From: Bugula neritina
Lineage: Eukaryota; Animalia; Bryozoa
DNA: 64,000 nt
Direction: 5' to 3'
Assembly: GCA_964035545.1 (NCBI GenBank)
Contig: OZ037772.1
Coordinates: 5,460,233-5,524,232 of the forward strand
Positions 13,196 to 28,200 of this stretch are shown one piece after another (the first letter of the stretch is position 1; each line of letters opens with the position of its first letter). The notes under the pieces were generated by a model. It was given only the letters and a program-made list of their open reading frames with translations, searched no databases and had not been told where the DNA came from. A program made the position numbers and the translations under genes.

Positions 13196-16100
13196 AGTAA
13201 AATAATATAGTTTTTGAAGAACCAAATCAAATAAGAATGCTAGCTAGTAGCATATACGTGAAATAAAAAAAGCATTCAACTATTCAGGGTTTAGTTGCCA
13301 GTCAGTGATTGGATGATAGCTGGACGCAAAATGAACACATCACAAAAATAGACCCCTGCTTTCAGAAATCAGACAGTTGGAGCGCATCACACTACTATTC
13401 TTTATTCAGTCGACAAAATCAATTACTCTGCTATGTGAACTTCTACATGTTTTAATTTTCTACTTGACAGTGGACAGTGGACAGACTATAACCACGACAT
13501 CTGCCATAACTTTACAAGCACTATTTTTTATTTATTATTAACAAACCGATTCTTGAACTGCTGAATTATATACCGGAATATCCAATCTATTGTGCTTTGT
13601 ATCAAATATATACAATATACTTCTATTTACATTATTCTGTAAGCTTTATATAAAACTTTTTATTGGTGCATGGTGGCTAGATAGATATTATGGACATTTA
13701 AATTTGCAAAATTTTCTTTAAATTTCTTAATATTTTCTATCTTGACTAAACTTTTGTTATTTGCAATAATCAAATTAATTGTATGTGTTTGCTGCTTTAA
13801 ACATTACTAATGCATCAAATTTTCTTAATAGTTATTATATGAAGAAATTGCGGTGTTATATGCAGTGAGTTGCGTTTGATATGAAGCCGCATGTTTCCAG
13901 TTATGATATGATATGATATTATGCATGATGTAATTTTCATAATGAGAAATGGCACATTATTTCCTTACATTATTCTTTTACAATAAGCAGATCCTTCGTT
14001 AAACATATGATTACTTTTTCTTAAATAGCTTATTTTTCGTCTAATAAGTTCAAGTTCAAAATTTCAATCAGTTTTTTTTAAATATTTTCAAACTTTAAGG
14101 CTTTTTTATATAAATATCAAATACCTATTGTATATAGTATATAAGCTAAAAAGCTCTTGCTAAAAAATATCTGGCGGCTGTTGAGTATTTTCCTGAATAT
14201 TGCTGATATTTCTACAAAACCAAATTACTCTCAACACGCAAAAAAGCAAAGAACTTTCTACAAAGCATTTTTGCTCAGAAATATTCTTTTTCAGTAAATC
14301 ATTATTTGAAATTTGACTGCAAGATATTAAAGGAAAAAATCAAACCTAAACATGGCTCTGCTGCATGCAACAAATTAACTTTTGCCTGAAATTTGGTCAA
14401 CCATCACATTCTGCTTACCAAAACTTCTTTATATAACTCTACAACTTCAAATTTGTTTTATGATGTATGAAAACTATCAAATTGACATGGTATATATCAA
14501 TATATTACTTTAGTAAGTTATTTATATTTTGGTTCAAAATATTAGTCATTATTTGAAATTTAAATGTATTTTATTAAAAAAGAGAAGCCAACACAGGATC
14601 TTGCTGTATGCAAGAAGTTACATTTTAGTAAAGTTTTGCCGACCATCACAAAAGTTCTTAACAATTTTTTACAAAGTTAACTTGAAATTGCTAGAATGTT
14701 ATAACTCAAGCTCTGCATACCATATTATACAGTATATAATGTATTGCTTTATTATAGCTTATTGCATGCCTCTTGCAACCTTCCGTCTTTACTAGTATAA
14801 ACATATTGTACGCAATATGGTTACTATAGTAATTAGATTTATAGAATGTGATTAGTTATCTATCATATTATTGTAGGTCAGAGTGGTTTAAGCAACGTGT
14901 GAAGGACTATATTTAGTCTGAGTAGTTATGGCAATACCAGGAGACATGTTCTGTCTTTAATAGTCAACACTATTACATGCCACATCAGCTACAATATTCA
15001 TGTATTTTAACTCAACATATATAAGCAACACTTTATGGAGCTGGTCACATGTTGTAATACTAAACAACAGTAGAAATAATAAATGTATGTGAGTGAGCGT
15101 TACTAGTAAGTCTCTCTCTCTTTCATTGGTAAAATAAATCAATAGTAATCAATAGTTAGCAAACAATGAATTTCCATGTATACAATAATCTATGATTGCT
15201 ACGAATAAACCTATAGAATATATCTACTACTATGATTGGACACACAAAAACGAAGTTAATAACTCCATTCTAATTGGAATTTTCAGTTCCTTACAATTAG
15301 TCATGAGCTGTTTATTAAGGCGCAGTTTTGTTTAAAAATAAATTGTTGTAGCGTTCAGAGCAGTGTGTGTACGCAGCAGAACAATTATTGATCACAAGAT
15401 ACAGGTAATCAGTCTATAACTATTTTATTAATTTGAATTGTCACTTTTCATTTACACTGATTGCTAATTTATTTAAAACTAAATACATTTATCCTATTCC
15501 AAGTATTATTGTTCATGCAGTTGAATAACAAAACAATTTTAGTTTTTATACATTTTATCATACGGGCAGCTAGCTACTTCAAATACTCTGGGTGACATGT
15601 AGTACCTGTTAGGGATTTTCATATGTGTATTGTTGTAAGAGCTGCAGTTACAGTAAAGAAGTTTGCACTATATAGTAGTATAATATGTTACATAATATGT
15701 ATAATGTGCATTGGATACTATGCTTCTCATGTATAATATGTTATTCGATAATAAATGCATGCTATTGCACTTGTGTTCTAATATGAAATAATAATAGCAC
15801 ATTCACTATTTTCTTTGTAGGACGAAATGGCATCTAAAACACAAAAAATGGTGAGATGTACTATTTGTTTATCTAAACTCAAGTTAGAGGAATGTAAGGC
15901 ACTACCTTGTACCCACCCACACTGTGACAAGTGTTTGAATGAATTCTACGGAAGGCTAAAAGCTCTTAAATGTGGAATATGTCGGTAGGTGAATAATATC
16001 ATAATAACTTAATAATATAATTATATGTTTTATAGTATTATATATTTTATAATAATGTTTATCAATCATATCATGGTTCATGCTATGTACAGTAGATATC

Positions 16101-19100
16101 CCAATTTATATAATATTAACAAGTAGAATAAGCCGATATTGGCATATTTGTATTGCAAGATGTTGTATTATACAAATTTTAATATTCAGTATATATAATT
16201 ATACAATCAGGTGCTTTACGTAGATATGGTATTGTAACATTTGTTTTTAAAGTGACCACCATTGTATTTGAGGTCATTGGAGTAGTGTTCCAATGATTTC
16301 AGTGCTTAATACAGAAAGCAATCTTTTCTATCACAACGCCCAATGAAGATTTGTTACATTTGAGTTCATGATTTAGCAAGAAAAGCGGGTCTCGGCTTTT
16401 ATTTTGTTGTAAATTTTAATTATTGCTCAAGTTCACTTGTTCACAGTGTAATAAAGTCATCAGTAAGGAGATTAGGTTGAAAATTAAATTTATTGTTTGG
16501 ATATGGAGATAGTTTATTGTCGGTTTTTCAAAACCTGCCATATTTTCAGGTGGTCAATAATTTAGATTCAGGACAATTGATGAATGTAATGATATGAGGA
16601 ATTTTTAAAAAAATAGCTTTGTTTTCAATGTTTTTAAAACTAGTTAAGCTTTTGTGTTTTGGTGAAGTGGCAAAATACAAGACACAAGAAGCACAAGGAA
16701 ATTGCACCCAATAAATTTATTGATACATATCATATAACTCTTTTATCTCTTGATTTTATTGCTTTAAGTTTTGATTGCATAACCAAGCTCGACAACCCAG
16801 TATAGCTATGGTTTGAGTCAAGTATGTTTTATAATCAGCTAGAGCAGAACCACAACAATAATAGTTTGAGTTGCCACATAATTTATTATATACAGTCTGC
16901 TATGTAATATAATATATCTTATAATCAGGTGCTACAAATAGATTCGTAAAATTTGTGTTACTGTGACATAATATGTAGGAATTGAGTGACAGTACGGCAG
17001 CTTTCAGATGAGTTGTAATATATCCTATACAGAAACCTATAGTTTGTTTTACTGTGAAGTCAACCAGGATAGTGTATGTCACTATGACATGATACTATGA
17101 TCAAAGTGTAGGGATAGATACAGATATAAGCTGTATATCATAAATTATTTATAAAAAAAAGAGGAAACACAGTTAGATAATTGACTGAATGTTGAGCAGC
17201 AAGCTTTATTATTAAATGCTGAAGTCAAAGTATTTACATATATTCAGGTTGTCAATGGAGACATTTAAATCAAAAGTTAGTGAGTTCAAGTTCCCCAGTG
17301 TAATATATTAGATATCATTGGTGCATATCAATGAGATGTAATGCCTAACTAAACATGCTTTGTTATTAAACTGTGTGAATGCTTTTTAGAATTAACTTAG
17401 CATTTATAGTTATAGAAAGTTGTGAGAATAGAGAAGAACTAAAAAATAAAGCACTGAGATTTGTACACAATTGTTTAATTGTTTTTGTACAATTGAGTTC
17501 CTCTGTTTTTTTACTCTATTATTTTTGTAAATAGATTGGACAATAAAACCTTTTTTCAGTAATTATGTATAGATCGAGTCAAATCGATTTTATCAAAATA
17601 ACTTAAAACAATAAAAAGACGTATTTTGCAAAGCTAAGACTGAGTGCTGGTAGTGTTCAATAAATGCACTCCGTATTGATTCTATTTTATAATGATGTAT
17701 AAATTCAAGTTTACATGATCAGCAATTATAATATATCATGGTGCCAGTATTATAAAAAGATGCATGCCATTTATTATGTTGAGATGTGCAAAATTGGGAG
17801 TGACCATTGTTTTCAAAAGACGTTGAGAAATTTTTGTTCAGTCGTCAGCTATAGTTATTCTACAGTGACTTATAGATTGCAGCATTGTTTCCCCTTTAAT
17901 ATACATAATAAAAAAACTTTGCCCCTACTGCAATCTTGCAAGCAGGGACGCTAACCAGTTACAACACAGGGGTCACTGGGTAAACTCAACTCTGCAACAT
18001 AATCAAAAGAGATTGCACACAGTTAATATGTAAAGATCCAGCATCATATTTTTTTCCTCATAAACACTTGATGACACATTGTGTATCCCATATTAAAATA
18101 TTCAAATACATCTTAGCTGTTATATATTATATTCTAAAGAATATTTGAAAGTTTTTAGGCACAGGGGGGATTGTTTTAAAAACAATTTTGAATTAATTCA
18201 AAATTTTTGATTGCATGCTGATAAAAATTTTGGTAGGCTGTTGAGGCAGTGCAGTATTTTAGAGATATAATATTAAATATTAGTTTTATGATTTCATTGC
18301 ATGCTATTCATAGCGGCTGCAACACACAGCCAGAGTTTTGTTGAGTAAGTGGTATTGAATAACTATAAGAGTAGCCATGGTCTAGTGTTTGGAGTTTTGC
18401 CCTAGTGTGTAGTAGGTCTCGAATCATGGGTCTAATTAAAAAAAAATTGTAAACACAAGGGCAGATATTTCAAGACAAGCAGGAATTTTAATCATCAATA
18501 ATAAAACTAACAACATGCAGATGGTAATTTACTATACCTTGTTGTACCATAACAAAACTTATACAGCATATAATGTGTATTCACCATGAGTGTTACAGAC
18601 AAGTGTTCAATACAACACCTGATAAGTTGCCAACAGCAGACCAGATGAAACAGATAGACAAGTCTATACTCTGTGAAGTCTGTACAAAGTCAGGAGTAAA
18701 TAATACACCTGCTCTGGTGTATTGTTTAGTTTGTTCCAAATTGTACTGTGCTAAACATGTCATTGTAAGTTAACACTCTGTAATTTTTAGCTGTTCGTTT
18801 GCATGCACTCTTGTGCATATAGTTTCATTTTTCTTGAGTAAATTAACCATCAATATTAGGCTAAAATATTTTAAAGCCAAATTCTTTGGGGCTTTGACAA
18901 TATTGTTTAAAAATATCTTTTTAGTTTCGCAACAAAAATTCTATTTAGGCTAATAATATATTTTAGAATATTTAATTGAGCCTTACCAATTTTGCTTTAT
19001 TTCCTTACTTGAAACTGTTTTTTGCACTGAAATCCTCACATATTATGCTGATCAAGGATTGATGCATCATCCCATAATTGTTTATATACTCGGTGAAATC

Positions 19101-20299
19101 TATGATCAGAGACAAACTTTGAAGAACACTTGTTACGCTATGATTCTTATTGCATTAGATTGTGAGAAATAAATAAATAAATAAATCAATCAATCAATCA
19201 ATCAATCATGGACTATTATTACATTTGTACTCTAAATATTAATAGATTGTGAAAAATTAGCTGCTGTAATGTATACATGAAACTTTATATATAATAGGCT
19301 ATCATTACTAAACCAGAAAATCTTTATATATATGTGTTATAGGATCATGATCTTGAGTCATTCTAGACTTAGCGTGACAGAGTACAAAGCTTGTGCTGCT
19401 AAGTTAGAGAAGAGAATGTGTGAGACACATGCAGACGTAGAGTATACTTTGGGTTGTGAAGTCTGTCTCAAACTAATGTGTAATCAGTGTGTATGTGAAG
19501 ATGTTGCATGTACCGATGGTAAGTGCTGGTTTGTCTTCATTACTTATATACTGTGTATATTATGTGATTCAGGTAAACCACAGTTTTTACATTACTTGCT
19601 AACTGTTTCAGGTACATCACAACATACATTACTTACATTGAAAGATTTGACAACGCAGCTGGTAGAAGTCTCAAAGTTGAAGACCCGAGAAAACGCCTTT
19701 TTCAATTATTACAAACAGATTGCTGAAAGCATTGATGCATTCAGAACTGAAACCAAGAATTTGCTGGTTTTGCTATGGACACAGCGTGATGCATGATCAG
19801 GTGATTACATCGAGTGTTTTAATTTGATAGTAATGAAGAAGATATAGTAACTGTGAGAGTTTATTTATATTTCCTTTTATAGACCCATCTAAATTTAAGA
19901 CACTCAGAAACTGCTTAAACCGTTACATCTTATTTTACATTTTTTATAAATGTATATTTAGCTAGCAGATATTAAGCGGAAGTATGACCAACTGGAGAAA
20001 GTCCTGGTGGAGAAGAGAGAAAAAACTGAGAGTCAAGCAGTGAACTTCATGTTAGAGGAAGTTTGGGTTAAATACTGTGAGCTGTATAACCACAGAACAG
20101 GAATAGAGGCTAAGTTAGACCAAAGTCATGAGGTTAGTTGTAGATTATAGATAGTATAAATGTTATGCTGTGTGCATCTGTGGCAGGTTGGCTATGTAAT
20201 GTGATTTGGTGTTTATAAAACATCTATAGATCATGTGCATGTAAGTTGAAGATGGAGAGTGAAACGAACAAGAATGGGACAAATATAACATACCACACG

Positions 20300-20505
20300 A
20301 TATAATACCATAGGACACTGTATAGCACCATAGGACACTGTATATTACCATAGGACACTGCATAATACCATAGAACACTGTATAATACCATAGGACACTG
20401 TATAATACCATAGGACACTGTATAATATCATAGGACACTGTATAATACCATAGAACACTGTATAATACCATAGAACACTGTTAAATATCATAGGGTACAG
20501 TATAA
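20300..20505. repeat. 20-bp minisatellite (ATAATACCATAGGACACTGT)n, about 10 units
   Basis: Head-to-tail units without spacers; degenerate homologues at 29965-30049 and 31595-31715 in copy B. Confidence 0.9.
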
Positions 20506-21788
20506 TATTGTCTAAGACACTCTTTAAAATTATCAAAAATGCACTAATCTATAGAGCTGTCACATTGTCGGTATATATAATGATATTGTTAGGTTGACAT
20601 CATCAAGTCACATCATGACATGAAGAAGGAGATTGATAGACTGTTGACAGAAGAAATTCCTAAGTTGCTGGAGTTTGATGATATAACATCTCTGCGGGTC
20701 AAAGGTTAGTTTTATATGCTATCCAGGTTAGCTCCATATAATACTTCAAATGGAAAATAATATAAAACATATCCTTGAATGAGTGACATCATAATGTCAA
20801 TCTATATTACACCTTGTTCCTAGCCAATTTTGAGCAAAATTTTCAAATAAGTAAATTTTATCTTATTTCTTAGGTTCATACTAAATGCATTTAAACTACA
20901 TACCACATTATAATTATGACAATATCTTCATCTAGTTTTGCATTGTATGTCTTTCATCACAGGAGCTATTCTCTGTGTTATAACATATACTATATTTTTA
21001 ATGTAACAATACGTTGAATGTACTGAATAACTAAAGTATGTTCTTGAAAACAAAGTTTATGTTAATATTAATTAATATCTGCATTGTTAACACCGCATTA
21101 CACTGTGTATCCCAGTGTAGGATGAAGTCTTTTTTACTATAAGCCCAGCTTGTGAGATAAATAGTATCAGATTGATAATTCTCAGTGTCTGGCTTAAAAC
21201 AGCAAGTTGTTTATACCCGTAAGCTAAAATTAGGACTTTTCTCAACTATCTATAGACATGCAGACGTATACATTAGTTGTGCTCACTCTTGCTTTATAAT
21301 CACCAGCTTTAATGATAAGCATATCTTGATATATTATTACAGTGATATCACTGGAATAATATCTTAGATAATTATTTATTAATTGTATATAGTGAAGTAA
21401 ACTAACACTGTGTTTACTGTATTGGTGCATGATGTATTTATGTGTGCGCATGTATGTGCAAATGTGTGCATAAGTGTGTATATGTCTGCATAAGTGAGTG
21501 CGTGTTTGTGTATGCACGCGTGCAGGCACATGTGTCTGTCTGTCTGTCTGTTTTACAGCAAGAGGGGTGGTCACCTGCACCTGCCCTATAAACTTCCCTC
21601 AGCTATGTAGATTCATACAATTGTAAATTTGTTCTGCTTACTCATGTTGCAAATTCATAACATTTTATGGTGAATGTTCTGATATATGTAGTCATAGCTG
21701 AATTCAACTGCAACACCTTTTTTGGTTCAACTTTGTCTCCATTAAAAGTAAACTAAAAAAAGCAACTAATGATATCTGGTTTGTACAC

Positions 21789-21806
21789 ATATATATATAT
21801 ATATAT

Positions 21807-21890
<84 letters not shown>
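21789..21890. repeat. (TA)n microsatellite
   Basis: About 50 TA units with one interruption. Confidence 0.97.
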
Positions 21891-21892
<2 letters not shown>

Positions 21893-23441
21893 GTCTGTTA
21901 TTCCAAATGCATGTATTTATATTACATTACAGTGTTATACATGTCAATATTTCCATAATAGAAAAAAGAAGAGTTACAGAGATTAACCTGACGAGTAAAG
22001 GAACTGCAAGAATAACATATGAAAAAGGTCTAGCTATCTCGCCTTCACCACCCAAGTCTGGAAAACTGATAAACACTGTTAGAGTTTCTTCATATCTCAG
22101 GTCTGTTCACACGTATAAAGGTGTCACATATGCCGGGTGTAAGGGAAGCGTAGACAGCATAGATGATAACAATAAAGTAAAAAAATCATTCATCTATATT
22201 GAAGACGGAGATGTGTTCAGCATCTCAGTACACAATGATAAGATATATACTTTGTCTTCTGCTTCAACTGTAAGAGTTCATGACCTTGAAGGGAGGTTCA
22301 TCACCAGCTGGACTCATGCAGACCGATCAAAGTGGATAAATCAGTTTGTCAACATAAACAATCAGATAGCTATTCCTGACAGGCTGAAGAAAACTCTAGT
22401 CATTTACTCACTGTATGGAAAAGTAGTAAACACTCTATACCCTGTCCTCTACTTCATAATACTTCTGTACGTATGTCTGCTGCAGATAACAACTCAATTA
22501 TTATATCTCAGCGTACGCCATCTCTAGTGTACAAAGTAGACACCTCATCAGGTGACATCATCTGGCAGTGTAAGGATGTGGCTACACCTCGTGGAGTGAC
22601 CTGCTATAGAGATGAGTTTGTACTTGTGGCTAACGGTACTAAGTCTACAACATTCTGTGTACTATCATTACATACTGGTTAGATACTACGTACATATTGT
22701 ATAACATATACGCGTTATAATTTAAAGAAATGAGTTGATTTGCATATATTTACATAGTACTAATAAACTGCAATGCCTATAATATAACTTTGATTCCTAA
22801 AAAATAGTGCTATGTATTTTATCTCTGCAGGCAAGTTGTTAAATAAGATATCTACCAAACACTCCTACATAGCAGATCTACACTGTACTGGCTCTACTCT
22901 AATAGTTCCAGTAAGCTTTTCTAATGGACAAGTTCAGTTCTATCAGCTCAAGTGAAAGTGAACTGATAGATTGAGATACTCTAGCAAAGGTAAGTGAATG
23001 TTGTTGAAGGCGCTCTAAGTGCCTTTCTATAAATATATGTTCTTAATGTTGCTTTTCTTTGAGTAGTTTTACTTCGCGTCTTGTCGTATAATACATCTTG
23101 CTGCATGGAAATATTTTGTCTATGGTATTAAATTAAATAAATGATGGTAAACCAGCCGTGTGTACATTACTAGCAGTTATCTCTCCTGATATTTTATTAC
23201 CTAATTATAGTCAACTTATAAAGCAGCTGTTTACCATACATATAATGTATAATAATATGTCATTTTACTATATTATAACCTGTCAGATATTATATATACT
23301 AGACAGCTCTGTTATATGCTTTGTAGAAAGCCTCATGCTGAGTCATACATAAGGAGTTACCTTCCCACTACACCACACACCACATACACATTTTATATTT
23401 ACAAATCTGTACACTTTGTATATAACAATTTTGTGTTAGTG

Positions 23442-23444
<3 letters not shown>

Positions 23445-23525
<81 letters not shown>
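23445..23525. repeat. (TA)n microsatellite
   Basis: About 40 TA units. Confidence 0.97.
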
Positions 23526-23529
<4 letters not shown>

Positions 23530-25282
23530 TAAAACTTGATTTCAAAATATTTTCTCTTATGCAAATTATTTTGATCTTCTATACTGACTAAACTTCTGTT
23601 TACAATTATTATGCCCAATTAATTGCGTATGTTTTCCTTCTTACAAATAACTGATGCATCAAATTAATATGAACAGATTGCTGTTTGATATGAAGCTGTT
23701 TTCAGTTATGATATGATAGGTACTTTTACCATAAGCATACTTATTTTATTTATATAGAGAATAACATACGACTAACAATCTGAGTGCAGCTATAAGCTAG
23801 TTTACGCTTTTTCTCTAACATTTATGCTGAAATAAAAATAGTATATAAGCTTAAAAGATATGCCGGCTGTTGAGTATTTTCCTGAATATTGCTAATATTT
23901 CTACAAAACTAAACTACTCTCCACAAGGTAGAAAAAGCAAAAACTTTGTACAAAACATCTTCATTCAGAAATATTCCCTAAGTTAGTAAGTCATTTATAT
24001 TTGTAATTAAAATATAAGTCATCATTTGAAATTTAAATGTTGTATATTAAAAGAAGAGAAGCCAACACAGGATCTTGCTGTATGCAAGAAGTTACATTTA
24101 AGTAAAGTTTTGCCAATCATCACATTCTGCTCAACAAAATTATAAAACATTTCTACAAAGTTAACTTGATCAATTGCTGACATAATATAAATCAAGCTCT
24201 ACGTACCATATTGTATAAAATTTAAAGCTTTATTGCAAGTTTTGGCATGCCTTCCGTCTTTACTTGTAAACATTGTACAGAAGATGGTTACTATAGTAAT
24301 TAGATTTATAGAATGTGATTAGTTATTTATCATATTATTGTAGGTCAGAGTGGTTTAAGCAACGTGTGAAGGACTATATTTAGTCTGAGTAGTTATGGTA
24401 ATACCAGGAGACATGTTCTGTCTTTAATAGTCAACACTATTACATGCCACATCAGCTACAATATTCGTGTATTTTCACTCAACATATACAAGCAACACTT
24501 TATGGAGCTGGTCACATGTTGTAATACTAAACAACAGTAGAAATAATAAATGTGTGTTAATGCGCTTTAACAGTTAGTCACCCTTTCTTTTATTAGTATA
24601 GAAGAAATCAATATTTATCAATAGTTAGCAAACAATGACATTCTATGTGTACAATAAGACCTATGGTTGCTATGAATTAACCTATACAACAGATACACTA
24701 TTCTGATTGGACACGCAAAAAGGAAGTTAATAACTCCGCCCTAATTGGAAACTCCAGTTCCCTAGAATTAGTCATGAGTTGTTCCATTTAGGACTGGATT
24801 GTTGTAGCATTCAGAGGGGTGACTGAATGCAGCAGAACAATTATTGATCACAAGATACAGGTAATTAGTCTAACTGTTTCATTAATTTGAATTGTCACTT
24901 TTCATTTACACTGATTGCTAATTTATGTAAAACTAAATACATTTGTTCCATTTCAAGTATATTATCATTCATGTAGTTGAACAGCAAAACAATTTTATAC
25001 ATTTTATCATATGTGGCAGTCGGCTGCTTTAAGCGCTCTGGGTGACATGTAGTACCTGTTAGGAGTATTCATATGTGTAGTGTTTGCATATGATGTTGTA
25101 AGTACTTTTGTTACAGTAAGGAAGTTTCCACTACATGGTATATGTTATATAATATAATGTGCATTGGATACCATACTTCTTATGTTTATACTATTCGATA
25201 ATAAATGCATACTATTGCACTAGTGGTTAAATACCTGCAAATAGTTATAGCACTTATACTATTCTATAACTTGCAGGATAAA

Positions 25283-28200
25283 ATGGCATCTAAACCACAA
25301 CAAATGGTAAGATGTACTATTTGTTTAACTAAACTCAATCTAGAAGAATGTAAAGCATTACCTTGTACTCACCCACACTGTGACAAGTGTTTGAATAAAT
25401 TCTACGGAAGGCTAAAAGCTCTTAAATGTGGAATATGTCGGTAGGCAAATAATATCATAACCTAATCATAGTTTAATAGGTAACATAATGTTATAATAAT
25501 AATTGATAAACATTATTATGTTATATGTAATATTAGGTTACTTACATAATATTATATATTTTATAACAACGTTTATCAATCATATCACGGTTTATGCTAT
25601 GTATAGTACATATCCCAACTTATATATTAATAACAAGTAAAATAAGTAATATTGACATATTTGTATTATAAGATGTTTCATTATAGGAATTTTAATATTC
25701 AGTATATATAATACAATCACGTGCTTTATGTAGATACAGTATTTTAAAGTGGGTTTTCATTGGGACCACAATCGTAGTTGAGGTCATTGGTGCAGCGTTC
25801 TAAAAATTTCAGCGCTTAATACAGAAAGCTATCTTGTTCATCACAATGTCTAATAAAGTTTCGTTACATTTGAAGTCATCATTGGCACTACAGAGCTGCC
25901 AGTCTCAGTTTTTTTTCAATTCAATTTCTTTGTAAGATGAATTGTTCACCATATTATAATGAAGCCATCAGTAAGTAGATTAGGTGGGAAAGTTAGTTCA
26001 TTGTTTGGATATGGAGGTATTTTTTTCAGTTTTTCAACACCTGTCACCTTGTTAGATATAGTCAATGATTTGGATTATAGACAATAGATGAATGTGTTGA
26101 TATGAGGAATGTTAAACAAAATTTTCTTTGTTTTTAATGCTTTTGAAAACTAGTACAACTTTTCTGGTTTTGTGAAGTGTTGATAATATAAGACACAAGA
26201 GACACAAAAAAATTGTGCACAATAGATATATTGTTACATACAATATAACTCTTTTATTTCTTTATTCTATTCCTTTAATTTTTGGTTGCATAACCAAGCC
26301 CTATACAACCCAGTAGCTATGTTTTAAGTCAAATATGTTTTATCAGAGCACAATCTCAATAACAAATGTTTGTACTGCCACATGATTTATTATATGTGGT
26401 CTGCTTATGTAATATAATATATCTTACAATCAGGTGTAATAAATAGATTCACAATCGCAAAATTTGTTTTATTGTGACATTAGTAGGAGTTGTGTGACAA
26501 TATGGCAGCTTTGAGATGAGTCGTAATATATCCTATACTAACAGAGAAATAGTTTGCTTTACTGTGAAGTCAACAGGGATATTGTATGAGACTGTGACAT
26601 GGTAGTATAACCAGAGTGTGAGAATATAGATACAGATAGTTGTGTATCATGAATGATTTACAAGAAGAAAAGGGAACACAGTTAATTGATTGACTGAAAG
26701 TTGAGCAGCAAGCTTTGTTACTAAACCCTTAAGTCAAAGTATTAGAATGTATTCAGGTTGTCAATGGAGACGTTTAAATCAAAAGTTAGTCAGTTCAAGT
26801 TCTCCAATATCATATATTAGAGATCATTGGAGCATATCAATGAGATGTAATGCCTAACTAAACATACTTTGTTATTGAACAACCTGAATGCTATTTGGAA
26901 ATATCTTAGCTTTTCTAGTTATAGAAAGTTGTGAAAATAGAAAAGAACTAAAATAATAAAGCACTTAGAGTTTTACACGATTGTTCTATTGTTATTTTTA
27001 CAATGGAAATCTTTTATTTGTTTACTCTATTATTTTCGTTAATAACTTGTACAATAAAACCATTTTCAAGTAATTGTGTATAGAGTCAAATAAATTTTAT
27101 CAGAATAATTTGTCACAATAGCAAATGCTATGCAAATCTAAGACTGAGTGCTAAATGTGTTTAATCAAAGCTCTCCGTATTGATTCCATTTTACTACGAC
27201 ATGGTTAATGCAAGTTTACATCATCCATAGAATATATATTATTAAAAGTTGCATATGCCGTTTGATATGTTGAGATGTGTAAAATAGGAGCTAGTAAAAA
27301 TTATTTTTCAAAAGACTTTGAGAAATGTTTGTTCAGTCTTCAGATCTATATAGTTGTTCTACAGTGGCTTATAGATGGAAACATTGTTCTCCCTATACAT
27401 AATCAGAAGTTATTGCGTACTGTTGATATGTAAAGAGCCAGCATTACAATATTCTCTTTTTACAGAATCTATGGCACATTGTTCATGTCATAATATATTG
27501 AAATATTCAAACAAATCTCAGTTATACTCTACAGAATATTTGAAGGTTTTTAGACACAAGCAAGTTTGTTATAGAAGCAACTTTGAACTAATTTGAAATT
27601 TTTGATTGCTTGTTGATAAAATTTATAACAGGTTATGGAGCTAGTGGTATTTTAGAATTAATATTAAATATGAATTTTAGGATTTCATTGCATGAAATTT
27701 TCAGCTGCTAGCTTTTAGTGTTACCCAGTCACGTGTATAGTGGGTCTTACATGGGTCTAATTAAAAGAAAACTGTAAACACCAGAGCAGGTATTTTAAGA
27801 TAGGCAGGATTTTAATTCATCAATAATAAATCTACCAACAGATAGTATTTTCCTACACCTTCTTGTATCATAACAAAACTCATACATCATATAATGAATG
27901 TTACAGACAAGTGTTCAATACAACACCTGATAAGTTATCAACTGCGGACCAGATGAAACAGATAGATAAGTCTATACTCTGTGAAGTCTGTACAAAGTCA
28001 GGAGTGAATAATACACCTGCTCTGATGTATTGTTCAGTTTGTTCCAAACTTCTTTGTGCTAAACATGTCATTGTAAGTTAGCACTAATTAATATCTTTGC
28101 CGTGTGTGTTCCTTTATGTGTTATATAACTTGATGGCTGTAGTCACCTGCTTTGTTCCAAAATAATATTAACCCAAAAGCTTTGGGTTTTTTTTATTGTT

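Larger units (their letters stand above)
15827..22955 (+). pseudogene. TRIM-NHL-like gene copy A (RING-Bbox1-Bbox2-CC-beta-propeller), frameshifted
   Basis: Coding exons 15827-15984, 18599-18764, 19343-19518, 19612-19800, 19962-20132, 20593-20704, 21962-22677, 22831-22955; probable 5'UTR exon ends at 15404. Lesions relative to copy B: 8-nt deletion at about 19358 (TAG 19364-19366), 4-nt insertion 19791-19794, and +2 nt at about 22439. Confidence 0.85.

Noticed and set aside
20300-20505. CRISPR-like array, and ORFs 20163-20536
   Set aside because: Units are head-to-tail with no unique spacers in a eukaryotic intron; the ORFs are repeat translations.
21769-21961. YIYIYI N-terminus of the 252-aa ORF (also 23316-23618, 6041-6388, 10654-10972)
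   Set aside because: Translations of micro- and minisatellites; the real exon starts at 21962.
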